Below, one piece after another: positions 31,869 through 42,345 of a stretch of 64,000 nt of DNA (the first letter of the stretch is position 1; each line of letters starts with the position of its first letter). Below the pieces are notes generated by a model. That model searched no databases. It saw only the letters and a list, made by a program, of their open reading frames with translations, and was not told where the DNA came from. Origin of the DNA: Clostridia bacterium (GTDB lineage Bacteria > Bacillota > Clostridia > TANB77 > CAG-465); the NCBI GenBank assembly GCA_045536565.1, contig JAZSNU010000013.1, positions 64,155-128,154 on the forward strand, given 5' to 3'. A program made the translations under genes and the position numbers.

Positions 31869-32048
31869 ATGTTTGGTATTTTCTACATTTTAACAATGAT
31901 TTTATTTGGAATTTATGGAGCGCTTACACTTCTTGCCGCAGCAGCTTACTTTTTTAGTATAGCTATAGGAGGAGTTTTGTTCATTATTTCCATACCATTT
32001 GCAATCGTAGCTTTAATCTGTTTTATTATTATGCTTTTAAATTTCTAA
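31869..32048 (+). CDS. Small hydrophobic membrane protein (59 aa, not in ORF track)
   Basis: GAAAGGGTG RBS; MFGIFYILTMILFGIYGALTLLAAAAYFFSIAIGGVLFIISIPFAIVALICFIIMLLNF. Confidence 0.6.
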   Translation: MFGIFYILTMILFGIYGALTLLAAAAYFFSIAIGGVLFIISIPFAIVALICFIIMLLNF

Positions 32049-32085
32049 ACTAAACAAATAAAATACATACAAGGAGACGATAATT

Positions 32086-32268
32086 ATGACTAGCTTTATA
32101 GAAGTATTACCAATTATATTATTTGTTATTGCTGGTATATTAACATTGGTATACGGATACATGGTATCCTATCAAATGCCATATTCAAAATTTACTATTA
32201 ATACTGTTTACATTCTTATTTATGTATTTGGTATTATGTCGGTATTATCAACAATATTTCTATGGTAA
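32086..32268 (+). CDS. Small 2-TM membrane protein
   Basis: AAGGAG RBS; hydrophobic 60 aa; terminator-like hairpin follows. Confidence 0.6.
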   Translation: MTSFIEVLPIILFVIAGILTLVYGYMVSYQMPYSKFTINTVYILIYVFGIMSVLSTIFLW

Positions 32269-32356
32269 TATTACAACTCAACTAAAACAATCTTATGTAA
32301 TATAAGATTGTTTTTTGCATATAAAAGAAACCACAAATTAATGTGGTTTCAATTTT

Positions 32357-32869
32357 TTAATGATAATATTGTAAATATCTTCCTCTAACATATACAATTC
32401 TACTATTCATCCCCCATAATTCTTTACACATATTATCTATGCTTACAGTTGAACTATCAGCAGATAAAGAATTATTAAATGCTTTTTGGTATATACTCCT
32501 CGGTAATAAAAATGCCTGTGCTAAATATTCAACACCCCATTCATTACATATATCATAGTAAGAAGCGTTTTTTATTTCACCATTTCTCATATTAATATAA
32601 TAGTAAAAGAATAACATTGAAAGATCTAAGACTTCCTCTTTTAATGAATCCCCTGTTTTTATAACAAAGAAATAGGTATTGTTTAAGTAATAAATATATG
32701 AGCTTTGTATATCTTCATACAACCCTATCTGTATATTTTTAAATTGTTCTAATATCCGTTCTTTTAAAGTTGTATATGTTATACATTCGTCCTCTTTATA
32801 TTCGAATATTTTACGAGCCTCGTCTGCTACTTCTTCAATAACTGGCCAATAATTATATTTTTTTAACAT
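32357..32869 (-). CDS. ImmA/IrrE-like protein lacking HEXXH
   Basis: EWGVEYLAQAFLLPR resembles the E..A..FA..lLmP motif; no zinc-binding motif. Confidence 0.45.
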   Translation of the reverse strand: MLKKYNYWPVIEEVADEARKIFEYKEDECITYTTLKERILEQFKNIQIGLYEDIQSSYIYYLNNTYFFVIKTGDSLKEEVLDLSMLFFYYYINMRNGEIKNASYYDICNEWGVEYLAQAFLLPRSIYQKAFNNSLSADSSTVSIDNMCKELWGMNSRIVYVRGRYLQYYH

Positions 32870-33021
32870 AAACTCACTCCTTTGTAATATTTCCTTGCAT
32901 ATAACTGTATATACAATATTATCATTAATTTTAGTACACTCATTTTAGCATAATAATAACAAAAAAACAACATAAGCATTAACATTTTAACACTTATGTT
33001 GTTTTATATTCATTTATTTAA

Positions 33022-33279
33022 TTAAGCTTCTGGATATACACTTACTTTTTTCTTGTCTCTACCTTTTCTTTCAAATTTAACTACTCCGTCAACAAGAGAA
33101 AATAATGTATCATCTTTACCTTTTCCAACATTTGTTCCTGGATGTATTTTAGTACCTCTTTGTCTTACTAATATATTTCCTGCTAGAACAAATTGTCCGT
33201 CTGCTCTTTTGGCTCCAAGTCTTTTAGCCTCACTATCTCTACCGTTCTTAGTAGAACCGCCACCTTTCTTATGTGCCAT
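33022..33279 (-). CDS. rpmA: 50S ribosomal protein L27
   Basis: [21 protein letters not shown]. Confidence 0.99.
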   Translation of the reverse strand: MAHKKGGGSTKNGRDSEAKRLGAKRADGQFVLAGNILVRQRGTKIHPGTNVGKGKDDTLFSLVDGVVKFERKGRDKKKVSVYPEA

Positions 33280-33314
33280 TTATATTCCCTCCTTATTTAT
33301 ATGTTCAATTTTTA

Positions 33315-33680
33315 TTATTCAGCTGCTTCTGTTGTTGCTTCCGCTTCAACTTTTTTTGCTCTTGGTGCAGCTACTGCGATTTTCTCGATTTGTACTTTTG
33401 TATAAGATTGTCTATGTCCTCTTCTTTTTCTTTCATTCTTTTTAGCTTTATACTTAAATACTAAAATCTTTTTACCTTTTCCATGACCTACAACTGTTGC
33501 TGTTACTTTTGCACCTTTTACAGTTGGTGTTCCAACAGTAGTTTTCTTGTCATCAGATACTAGAAGAACTTCACTGAAAGTAACTTTTTTTCCTTCTTCT
33601 TCCTCTAATCTCTCCATGAAAACAATATCGCCTTCTTGTACTTTGTATTGTTTTCCACATGCTTCAATTATTGCGTACAT
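33315..33680 (-). CDS. rplU: 50S ribosomal protein L21
   Basis: [18 protein letters not shown]. Confidence 0.99.
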   Translation of the reverse strand: MYAIIEACGKQYKVQEGDIVFMERLEEEEGKKVTFSEVLLVSDDKKTTVGTPTVKGAKVTATVVGHGKGKKILVFKYKAKKNERKRRGHRQSYTKVQIEKIAVAAPRAKKVEAEATTEAAE

Positions 33681-33699
33681 CTTTTATCCTCCTTATTCT

Positions 33700-33760
33700 A
33701 ACTTGCTCTCGCCAATATCCTAGGTAGTATAAATACATTTCAAACCCGATTTGAGCGGAA
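33700..33760 (-). ncRNA. L21 ribosomal leader-like RNA
   Basis: 5' UTR of rplU (CCGCTC...ACCT...GGCGAG) downstream of a TTGACA-17-TAAAAT promoter (33772-33800). Confidence 0.6.
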
Positions 33761-33874
33761 TTTACTATAAAATTTTAACACTTTTAACCCAATTTGTCAA
33801 GAAAAAAATTAATATAATTGTACTTTAACATAAAAAATAATGGGCTTTATATTAAAAACCCATTGTTTTAAATG

Positions 33875-34267
33875 TTATTCCTTTGTAATAAGATTAGCTA
33901 TTGATACATTTAAAGCAGTAACTATTGGTATTTCTTCATTCTCAGAATATTCAAATTCAGCATATATACCTAACTTCTCAATTACTTCTTTTTTTAATGC
34001 TTCATAGAAAGGAATACCTAAATTTGTCTTTGTGAAATATGTATCGTATACAAGTTCCCACTCTTCTTTTTTTATAGTTGCAACACCCCTATTTAGTGTT
34101 ACCATTTCTAGTGTTCTTGTTTCTTTATTGCAAAAAATTTTGATATTAGATACACCAGCACAAGAATCATAAATATCGTAAATCTTCATACAAATTTTTT
34201 TAAATTCTGAATCTAACTCAAATTTCCGTTTTTTCAAAACCTCATTCATTTTTTCTTTAAAGTCCAT
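33875..34267 (-). CDS. Hypothetical protein
   Basis: AAGGAGG RBS; 130-aa ORF. Confidence 0.65.
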   Translation of the reverse strand: MDFKEKMNEVLKKRKFELDSEFKKICMKIYDIYDSCAGVSNIKIFCNKETRTLEMVTLNRGVATIKKEEWELVYDTYFTKTNLGIPFYEALKKEVIEKLGIYAEFEYSENEEIPIVTALNVSIANLITKE

Positions 34268-34425
34268 AGAATTATCCTCCTTTTATATAAATATTATGTA
34301 TTCATTATATCACAAGGTCATAATAAATACAATATCAGACTATTTAATCAAGTAAATTGGTTTCGGAAGAAAAATTCCAGAACTTCCTTTTGGGGATAAG
34401 TTTTGGAACAAAATTTCTAACACTT

Positions 34426-34968
34426 TTATTTATTATTTAATAGTTTCTCTAATTCAATAGATATATCTTTAAACACATTATTATATAACATATCTAACTC
34501 TTGTTGTTTAAACTTAGTAAGTACATAATCCATAAGTGGTATATTTTTATTTTCTCTATTTTCAATACCAATTCTGAATCTTTTTAACTCCTCTGTTTTA
34601 AGTAATCCTAATATATTTCTCATTCCATTATGAGTTCCAGCTGTGCCTACTTCTCTATATCTATAATTCCCTAGATTAAGATCTATATCATCATAAATTA
34701 CTATTACATCTTCATTTTCTACTTTATACCAATTCTTCGCCTTGACTATCGCTTCTCCACTTAGGTTCATATATGTAGTTGGTTTTATAATTACAATTTT
34801 TTCACCATTTATACTTACTTCTAAATAATAATAGTTATCTCTTTTTTTATAATCTAACTGTTTTTTTAATACTTCTTTTATATAATAATCCACAAACATA
34901 AAACCAACATTATGCCTTGTATTTTCATATTCTTTTCCTACATTTCCAAGTCCTACTATTAATCTCAT
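34426..34968 (-). CDS. pth: Peptidyl-tRNA hydrolase
   Basis: LIVGLGN..TRHNVGF, KPTTYMNLSG, GTHNG. Confidence 0.97.
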   Translation of the reverse strand: MRLIVGLGNVGKEYENTRHNVGFMFVDYYIKEVLKKQLDYKKRDNYYYLEVSINGEKIVIIKPTTYMNLSGEAIVKAKNWYKVENEDVIVIYDDIDLNLGNYRYREVGTAGTHNGMRNILGLLKTEELKRFRIGIENRENKNIPLMDYVLTKFKQQELDMLYNNVFKDISIELEKLLNNK

Positions 34969-35144
34969 ATTCTCTTCTCCTAAACTCGCTTGAATTTCTT
35001 TAATATATTAAGCTAAAATATATAGTGTTTTTAGAGCAAATCTATTGTTTTTTAGCCAATTTTATAGTATTATTATATAGTAGATTTAAATAAATTTCAA
35101 CACTACGGTTTGAAGTTTATCTATATATAGAAAGCGGTGATTTT

Positions 35145-37679
35145 TTGCTAGAAAAAATATTGAATTTTTTTAAGATAAAAAAACATAACGAATTTATGAC
35201 TAAATTATTTGGAATTATATCAGCAGTGAGCGTACTTTATATTATTGGACTTATATTTGCATTTTTGTTTGGTGATGGAATGATAGGAAATCCTATTTCG
35301 CCATATATATTTGCAATATTAATAGGATGTCCTGCGCTATTTTTTTCTTACCTTGTTAATACCAAATTTGATATAGTCAAAACAGATAAAGGTAAAATCC
35401 GTTGGTTTATGATTACTCTTGTTACAATGGCTACAATAATTGGTTTTATGGTTATAACTTGGATAAATGAATCAATATGGTCAGCATTAAGGTTGCTTCC
35501 AAATTACGATAATGTTAAAAGTGCTTATCCTGGTGTATTTTCACCTGCTATAAAAACAATCTGTCTAGTTATACCATTTGTATGCATATTTAAATTAATA
35601 GATTATTTAACAATGATATTAAGAGAAGAAGATTATACAAAAGGTATTGCTGGTTTTTGTGGACTTTCAGTTTCTAGTTCTTCTGGAAATACAGGGCCTT
35701 TTGCATGTGATACTGTAATTTGTAGGAATCCAAGTACTGCTGAAGAAGTTGTAGTTCCCGAAAAGAAAAGAATGGAAGCAACACTAGTACAAGGTGCTAC
35801 TGGTACTGGTAAAACAGCAACTGTTCTTTTACCTATGAGTGCAAGAGATATTGAAAAGAAATACTTCTTTAGAGAATATTCTAAAAAACTAGCATATAGT
35901 TTACTTAAAAAAGGTGTTGCATATATAGAAGGACCTTTTACTAACGAATATATAAACAGAAATTTCAGACTAGATTTTGTAAAACCAAAAAAAGGATTAG
36001 AAAGAGAATTTTACGATACTCTTGATAAAGTTATTCTTTATAGAGATAAAACAACTGGCGAAGTTGTGTACAGAAACCTTGGTATTACAGTTGTAGAAAA
36101 CGATGGAAGCTATGTTAATAACTTTAAAATGGTGGCTAACAACTATGACTTTGATGTATGTATAATTGACCCAATATCACCAGAAACAACTTTAAGTATA
36201 AACCCATTTGCTATTGAGGATCCTGCAAAATGTGCATCGATTATAGCGGATGTTTTAAAATCAATGCAACAAAGTGAAGGTGGTAAAGAAGAAACATTCT
36301 TCGCACAAGTAACTCTTGATGCATTCCAAAACTTAGCAATACTATTAAAAGAAATGTTCCCTATTCTTCATAATGGCGAAATGCCATCACTAGAAGATAT
36401 GTTAAAATTGTTATATAACTTTGATGCAGTTGAAGAAATGGTAGAAGATATGAAAAAGATACCTGAACTTGAACAAAAATACAAACTTCTTATTTCATAC
36501 TTTGAGAAGAACTTCTACAAACCATCATTAAACATTAATGGATATGAAATACCTGGTACAAGAGGTAGCGGTAGAAAAGATACAGAAAAATTCCTATATG
36601 GTGCTATAACTCAACTTAACAACTTGTTAAGACACCCTGGTTTAAAGAAAGCGCTATGTGGTAAAACAAATGTAATAAACTTCACAGAAGCGATTGAGAG
36701 TGGTAAATTAATTACTGCATGTTCTAGAAAAGGTGAACTTGGTATTATACAATCTAAGGCGTTTGGTATGTTCTTTATATTACAATTCCAAGATGCAGTA
36801 TTAAGAAGAAAAGGAAATGAAGATTCTCGTATTCCTCACTTCTTATACATAGATGAGTTCCCTGAATACATAAACAAAGAAATGGATGTAATGTTTACAC
36901 TATTTAGAAAATATAGATGTGGTGTTACAATCGCTATTCAAAACTTATCACAACTTGATAAAAACAACACTTCATATTACAGACAAACTGTTCTTGCCAA
37001 CACAAAAACTCAAATAGTATTCGGCGATACAGTTCCAGAAGATAGTGACTATTGGAATAAAGCTTTCGGACAAGAAAAGAAAGTTGATAAAGACTCATCA
37101 TTCGATCCTTCATCTGGTGATGTTAAGAGAAAAATGACTATCAAGGTTAAGGATAAAGAAAGATTTAAAGTTCATAAAATACAAGAAAACAAATTTGGTA
37201 GTATATATTATAAAACAAAAAATTCAAAAGGAAATTCAGTATTTGGTGAAGGTAAAGTTTCTTTCTTGGACGATAAATACAAGCAAAAACATCCAGCATA
37301 TGAATACAACTTTGAAAAATTTATGGTAGTAAAACCAATTGATTCAGATTTTAAAACACCTAGTGATATTAACGATAATAACGGACCAGTAATTGAAGAT
37401 GATGATAGTTATATTTTTGGAACAAATATAGCTGTAAATGCCAAAAAAGAAAATAATAATACATCAAATAGTTCTGAAAAAGAAAGTCCTAAATTAATAA
37501 CTGAATTTAATTTTGATGATACTAGCGACTTCGACATTGTAATAGATACTGGTACTAATCCAGAGGGACCAACATTAGAAAACTCTAATTTAGATGGCGG
37601 ACCTATAACAGAGGCTTACGAGCCACCAGTAATTGATATTATAAACGATGATGATACTGGTATGGAAGATGATAAATAA
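35145..37679 (+). CDS. VirD4/TraD-like type IV coupling ATPase
   Basis: N-terminal TMs; Walker A GATGTGKT; FLYIDEF; RKYRCGVTIAIQNLSQL; acidic tail. Confidence 0.88.
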   Translation: MLEKILNFFKIKKHNEFMTKLFGIISAVSVLYIIGLIFAFLFGDGMIGNPISPYIFAILIGCPALFFSYLVNTKFDIVKTDKGKIRWFMITLVTMATIIGFMVITWINESIWSALRLLPNYDNVKSAYPGVFSPAIKTICLVIPFVCIFKLIDYLTMILREEDYTKGIAGFCGLSVSSSSGNTGPFACDTVICRNPSTAEEVVVPEKKRMEATLVQGATGTGKTATVLLPMSARDIEKKYFFREYSKKLAYSLLKKGVAYIEGPFTNEYINRNFRLDFVKPKKGLEREFYDTLDKVILYRDKTTGEVVYRNLGITVVENDGSYVNNFKMVANNYDFDVCIIDPISPETTLSINPFAIEDPAKCASIIADVLKSMQQSEGGKEETFFAQVTLDAFQNLAILLKEMFPILHNGEMPSLEDMLKLLYNFDAVEEMVEDMKKIPELEQKYKLLISYFEKNFYKPSLNINGYEIPGTRGSGRKDTEKFLYGAITQLNNLLRHPGLKKALCGKTNVINFTEAIESGKLITACSRKGELGIIQSKAFGMFFILQFQDAVLRRKGNEDSRIPHFLYIDEFPEYINKEMDVMFTLFRKYRCGVTIAIQNLSQLDKNNTSYYRQTVLANTKTQIVFGDTVPEDSDYWNKAFGQEKKVDKDSSFDPSSGDVKRKMTIKVKDKERFKVHKIQENKFGSIYYKTKNSKGNSVFGEGKVSFLDDKYKQKHPAYEYNFEKFMVVKPIDSDFKTPSDINDNNGPVIEDDDSYIFGTNIAVNAKKENNNTSNSSEKESPKLITEFNFDDTSDFDIVIDTGTNPEGPTLENSNLDGGPITEAYEPPVIDIINDDDTGMEDDK

Positions 37680-37823
37680 AATGAATATTAAATTAATGTA
37701 TAAAAGTACCTTTAAGTTACCAACTTGGAGGTGCTTTTTACATGTTTTATGATATGTGTTATTAACATTATCAACAGTACAGAATATATTATATTATGAT
37801 ACTTATTTATTGGAGGTTTTAAT

Positions 37824-38717
37824 ATGTATCCTGAATATTCATATTATAGTTATACAAATGATTGCTTTAATATACCAGTTACATTCCCACCTCAACATCA
37901 AGACATACAGCCTGGAATGGAATATTTAATGAATCCTAAACCAATTTTTGATAATCCTTATTACATACCCAGCGGAAAATTAAAAGGTAAAGTTGCTATT
38001 ATAACTGGCGGCGATAGTGGTATTGGTAGAGCGGTTTCTTTGCTTTTTGCTAAAGAAGGTGCTTTTGTTATAATCGTATATTTAAACGAAGAAAAAGATG
38101 CTAAACACACAGAAGCCATTATACACAGTTATGGCGGTAAATGTATGCTTATTCAAAAAGATATACGAAATGAAAAAAATTGCGCGGATATAGTAAATGA
38201 AGTTATTAACAAAATTGGAAAAATTGACATTTTAGTTAATAACGCAGCTGTACAATTTGTTCAAGAAAACATATTAGATATTTCAGAAGAACAGCTAAAA
38301 GATACATTTGAAACTAATGTGTTCTCATATTTTTATTTAACCAAGGCTGTACTTCCACATTTAAAAGAAAACTCTTGTATTATTAATACAACATCAATTA
38401 CCGCTTTTAATGGTAAAAAGAATTTAATAGATTATTCTGCTAGTAAAGGCGCTGTTACAGTATTTACTAAATCATTATCTCTTTCCTTAGTTGATAAGAA
38501 AATAAGGGTAAATGCCGTAGCCCCTGGACCTATATGGACACCTCTTACTCCTGCGTCTTTTAGCGCTGAGGAAGTTGCTAGATTCGGGCTTGATGTCCCT
38601 ATGAGAAGAGCTGGGCAACCGTTTGAACTTGCACCTACTTATTTATATCTAGCATGTGATGATTCTAGATATGTAACTGGTCAAGTATTACATGTAAATG
38701 GAGGAAGCATTGTTTAG
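37824..38717 (+). CDS. Short-chain dehydrogenase/reductase (YhdF-like)
   Basis: TGGDSGIG, NNAA, YSASK, NAVAPGPIWTP. Confidence 0.95.
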   Translation: MYPEYSYYSYTNDCFNIPVTFPPQHQDIQPGMEYLMNPKPIFDNPYYIPSGKLKGKVAIITGGDSGIGRAVSLLFAKEGAFVIIVYLNEEKDAKHTEAIIHSYGGKCMLIQKDIRNEKNCADIVNEVINKIGKIDILVNNAAVQFVQENILDISEEQLKDTFETNVFSYFYLTKAVLPHLKENSCIINTTSITAFNGKKNLIDYSASKGAVTVFTKSLSLSLVDKKIRVNAVAPGPIWTPLTPASFSAEEVARFGLDVPMRRAGQPFELAPTYLYLACDDSRYVTGQVLHVNGGSIV

Positions 38718-38743
38718 TGCTTCCCCCATTGTTATTTTTTTAT

Positions 38744-39781
38744 TTATTCAACTATAACATTAGGACTAAATGTTTTCTTAACTATCTTACTTGCTTTATC
38801 ATCATCTGAGCCTGGTTTTAAGATATCCATTTCTTTTTGTACTAATTTATATTTGTTATTTTCTTTATCAAATTCAAACATGCTAATTGTTTTTTCAAGT
38901 GATGATTCTAATTGTTCTAAATCAGTTGTAAAGTATAATTCTTCATCCTTTAAAACAATTCCAACTTTCTTTATTATTCTAAATATTTCTGCATTATGAT
39001 TTACATCCTCACCTACAAATACTAGTTTTGGTGGAGCATAAAATCCTGCATCATTTTTAGCAAAGTTCTCATAGAAATCACTATATAATTGTAATTTTTC
39101 TGCAAGCATTGTTTGCCACTCTTCATTTCTTCTTACTACTTCAAATATAACATCAAATTCTTCTTTATCTTGTTTTAATTTAACAGTTCCACCTGTTGGT
39201 TTAAATTTAACATTGTATTTTTTAGCAAGCAATAATAAATTAGGATTTGCTTCTTCAAAAGCCCCAACTTTTTGCATATATGCAATTACAATTTGGTTTC
39301 CTGCTAATTTTCTTTTTAATGCATATGCTGGTTTTGTATTATCCGTTGGTTGCCAATTTGTTACAACATTTCTTTGTTTTAATATATATGTAGCTATTTT
39401 ATCAAGTGCATATGCTCTGTATGAGCTTTTTCCGCTTTCTGTTTGGAAGAAGTATCTAGCCAATACTTTTGATTTAGTAAGATCTTCTAACCATTTTGCT
39501 ACTTTATCTTGCTTTTTCTCTTCTTCTATATGGTCTAATTTGCCTCTAAAATCTAATACTTGTGTTACTTGTCTAGAAGTTACAAAGCCAAATTCGTTTA
39601 CTACTTCTAGTGCTTTGATATGGTCTTCTGAGATATATCCCATATCCATTTTAAAAACTACTTGATTAATTGATGCAAAACCTTCTTTACCATCAAATAC
39701 TTTAATTTCATTTGGTCTCACAGCAAATGGTGAAACTCTTGTTTTTACTTCTTTATCATTTATCATATTAATTTCCTCCAT
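38744..39781 (-). CDS. Replication-relaxation (Replic_Relax)-like protein, degenerate
   Basis: wHTH-like LEVVNEFGFVTSRQV..LEDLTK..YAL; PD-(D/E)XK-like KPTG..FEVVR..KLQLY. Confidence 0.6.
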   Translation of the reverse strand: MEEINMINDKEVKTRVSPFAVRPNEIKVFDGKEGFASINQVVFKMDMGYISEDHIKALEVVNEFGFVTSRQVTQVLDFRGKLDHIEEEKKQDKVAKWLEDLTKSKVLARYFFQTESGKSSYRAYALDKIATYILKQRNVVTNWQPTDNTKPAYALKRKLAGNQIVIAYMQKVGAFEEANPNLLLLAKKYNVKFKPTGGTVKLKQDKEEFDVIFEVVRRNEEWQTMLAEKLQLYSDFYENFAKNDAGFYAPPKLVFVGEDVNHNAEIFRIIKKVGIVLKDEELYFTTDLEQLESSLEKTISMFEFDKENNKYKLVQKEMDILKPGSDDDKASKIVKKTFSPNVIVE

Positions 39782-39881
39782 ATTAAAATTTTAATAATCT
39801 ACTATTTAATTATATCATAATATATTATATATTTGTAAAGTTTTTAGTAAAATTTTACAAATTTAATATAATTAAATCAAT

Positions 39882-40691
39882 TTAACCTATTATTTTTAGT
39901 TTTATTTTACCTTTTTCTTCATTAATTTTCTTTATATATACTAATACTTTTTGACCGTATTCTACTCCACTTACATGTTCAGAAAGTCCAACCAAACCAT
40001 GTTCTAATTCTATAAAGATACCATTTTTTTCTCTATTTCTTACGATACCTTCTACTATTTCTCCTTCTTTAATTTTCTTTACATTTTCTTTAAATGTACC
40101 ATGTAAATCTTTTAAAGAAAGCTCTATTTTACCAGTATCTCTATCATAATGCTTAACTAAGACCTGTAATCTTTGACCTAGCCTTAATTTATCTGAAACT
40201 TTTTGTATTCTTACATTTGATATGTCGTCAATTTTTAAAAGTCCTGTTACTCCTCCACCAACATCTACAAACGCTGCAAAGTCATTCATTCCTCTTACAA
40301 CACCTTTAAGTTTCATACCTGCTTTTAGATGCATATACATCCATCTTCTTACTTTTAATTCTAACATTTTCTTAGATAATATAACTTTATCTATTTTATT
40401 ATCTATAACTATGATGTCTTTTATACAAACTTGCATTATTTTATCTTTTTTATTAACACATAATTTTTCTTCTACTAGTCCGTCATCACCCACAATGCTT
40501 GATACTTCTTCTCTTGGCACAATGCATTCTATACCATTTGCAAAGAACCCGTGTAAGTTTAAACTTTCATCCACTTCTTTTATTATTGCATCAAATACTT
40601 GTCCTGATTTTTTAGCTTCTTGTAAATCTGCTAATGTGTAATTTTTCTTTTTGCTATTTGTTTTTGCTTTACTATTTGTCTTTTTTTCCAT
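39882..40691 (-). CDS. Multi-S1-domain RNA-binding protein
   Basis: Three S1 repeats (FAAFVDVGGGVTGLLKIDDIS; GIFIELEHGLVGL). Confidence 0.88.
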   Translation of the reverse strand: MEKKTNSKAKTNSKKKNYTLADLQEAKKSGQVFDAIIKEVDESLNLHGFFANGIECIVPREEVSSIVGDDGLVEEKLCVNKKDKIMQVCIKDIIVIDNKIDKVILSKKMLELKVRRWMYMHLKAGMKLKGVVRGMNDFAAFVDVGGGVTGLLKIDDISNVRIQKVSDKLRLGQRLQVLVKHYDRDTGKIELSLKDLHGTFKENVKKIKEGEIVEGIVRNREKNGIFIELEHGLVGLSEHVSGVEYGQKVLVYIKKINEEKGKIKLKIIG

Positions 40692-40693
40692 AA

Positions 40694-41377
40694 TTACTCC
40701 TTTACTTCAAAATAATCTAGTATTGTATAATTTGTATTTTCTTTATTATACCTTATACATATTGTTTTTTCAATAAACTCATTATCCATATCATTCAAGT
40801 CATACTCTACATTTCCTAGATTTATATTAGCAGAATTAATATAATTAATATATATTATATATTGGTCTCTTTCCGAATCATACAATAGTTTTTCAATATT
40901 TAAAACTTGTATATCTGTAAGTTTGATATAATACTCATTAAGAATAACAATATATTTTCCTGCAATATTAATATTCTCTAATTTTGAGAAATCCATTTTA
41001 ATATTAAACAACTCTTCAATAATGTTCTTTATATACTTTTTATTAATGTATAGTTTATCGTTATCAATATATGAATTTTCTTCAAATTTGTAATCAAAGT
41101 TTTCCGCATAATATATTGCATACTTTACAATACCGTCTAATGATAAAATATCATTCTGCATTAACATTTCTAAATTTATTATACTTTCTGTTATTTTATG
41201 AATATTTATTTTTTCATTATATCTATTCAAATTAACTTCACTTAATTCAACTCTATCTAAGTTATTATATGTATAATTATTTTGTATAATATTTTTAACT
41301 GATTTTACATCGCTTAGGCTTACAATAAGAACTAGTACCAAAACCGCTATTACTATAATTATTATCTTACTCTTCAT
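40694..41377 (-). CDS. Membrane-anchored hypothetical protein (T4SS operon)
   Basis: N-terminal TM; tightly spaced in operon. Confidence 0.65.
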   Translation of the reverse strand: MKSKIIIIVIAVLVLVLIVSLSDVKSVKNIIQNNYTYNNLDRVELSEVNLNRYNEKINIHKITESIINLEMLMQNDILSLDGIVKYAIYYAENFDYKFEENSYIDNDKLYINKKYIKNIIEELFNIKMDFSKLENINIAGKYIVILNEYYIKLTDIQVLNIEKLLYDSERDQYIIYINYINSANINLGNVEYDLNDMDNEFIEKTICIRYNKENTNYTILDYFEVKE

Positions 41378-41380
41378 AGT

Positions 41381-41866
41381 TTACTCCTCCGTATAATCAG
41401 TTATAAAAATCTTAAAAGTATTATCCTTGTATTCTCTTAAAACACCTGCTATTTTTTTATATTCAATATCGTTTAAAAAGAGTATCTCAAAATCTACATT
41501 ATTATATTTTTCTTTTTGAGTAATAGAAATTATGTTTATAATATAATTATCGTTAAACTCTCCATTATATTGACAATTAGTTTTCATAGCGCTTACAAAA
41601 TTATCATAATTTCCAAATTTATATTCAGAATTAGTTTTATCAGTCATTTCGTATGCTTCATTATACATACCTTCTTTAATTTTATTTATAAATTCAGATA
41701 TATACATATTAGAAATACTATGATTCTCCTTAATCAATATATTAGTCTTGCCAATTTCTAATAAATTAATTTTTAAAACACAAATATCAATTATATTTTT
41801 TATTAGTAATACTATTAAAATCATTAATAGTATTACTATACATTTTATAATTACTTTATTTTTCAT
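41381..41866 (-). CDS. Membrane-anchored NTF2/VirB8-like protein
   Basis: N-terminal TM; FINKIKEGMYNEAYEM pattern. Confidence 0.5.
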   Translation of the reverse strand: MKNKVIIKCIVILLMILIVLLIKNIIDICVLKINLLEIGKTNILIKENHSISNMYISEFINKIKEGMYNEAYEMTDKTNSEYKFGNYDNFVSAMKTNCQYNGEFNDNYIINIISITQKEKYNNVDFEILFLNDIEYKKIAGVLREYKDNTFKIFITDYTEE

Positions 41867-41879
41867 ATATATGCTCCTT

Positions 41880-42332
41880 TTATATCAAACTGTCGTGGAA
41901 TATAATAGCAAAATCTTTGTATATTTTTACAATCATTTTCTCATTAAGTTGTTCATCTGGATAATCAATTGCATATTCTATCAAATATATATTTTTATTA
42001 TATTTATTAATGCTTTTTATTTGATATCCTTGATATTTTTTTCTTAATTCTTCGTATTTTGCTGATTTTATATAATCCTTTACCTTATCTTTATTGTTAT
42101 AGGCATACAAATCAAATAGATTTTCTTTATCGTGATATAATATAATTTCTAATTTCTTAGCAATAATATTATTACTTGCTTCAAATACTTGCTCATTATT
42201 ACATTTAACATATTTTTTATTATCCAAATTATATATATAAGGCAACATATACATATATATTAAATAACTAATACCAAATATAATTGTAATAATTATCAAT
42301 ATATTTAATAATTTATTTATCTTTAACATCAT
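41880..42332 (-). CDS. Membrane-anchored hypothetical protein (T4SS operon)
   Basis: N-terminal TM; operon context. Confidence 0.6.
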   Translation of the reverse strand: MMLKINKLLNILIIITIIFGISYLIYMYMLPYIYNLDNKKYVKCNNEQVFEASNNIIAKKLEIILYHDKENLFDLYAYNNKDKVKDYIKSAKYEELRKKYQGYQIKSINKYNKNIYLIEYAIDYPDEQLNEKMIVKIYKDFAIIFHDSLI

Positions 42333-42345
42333 TCCTCCAAAATCA

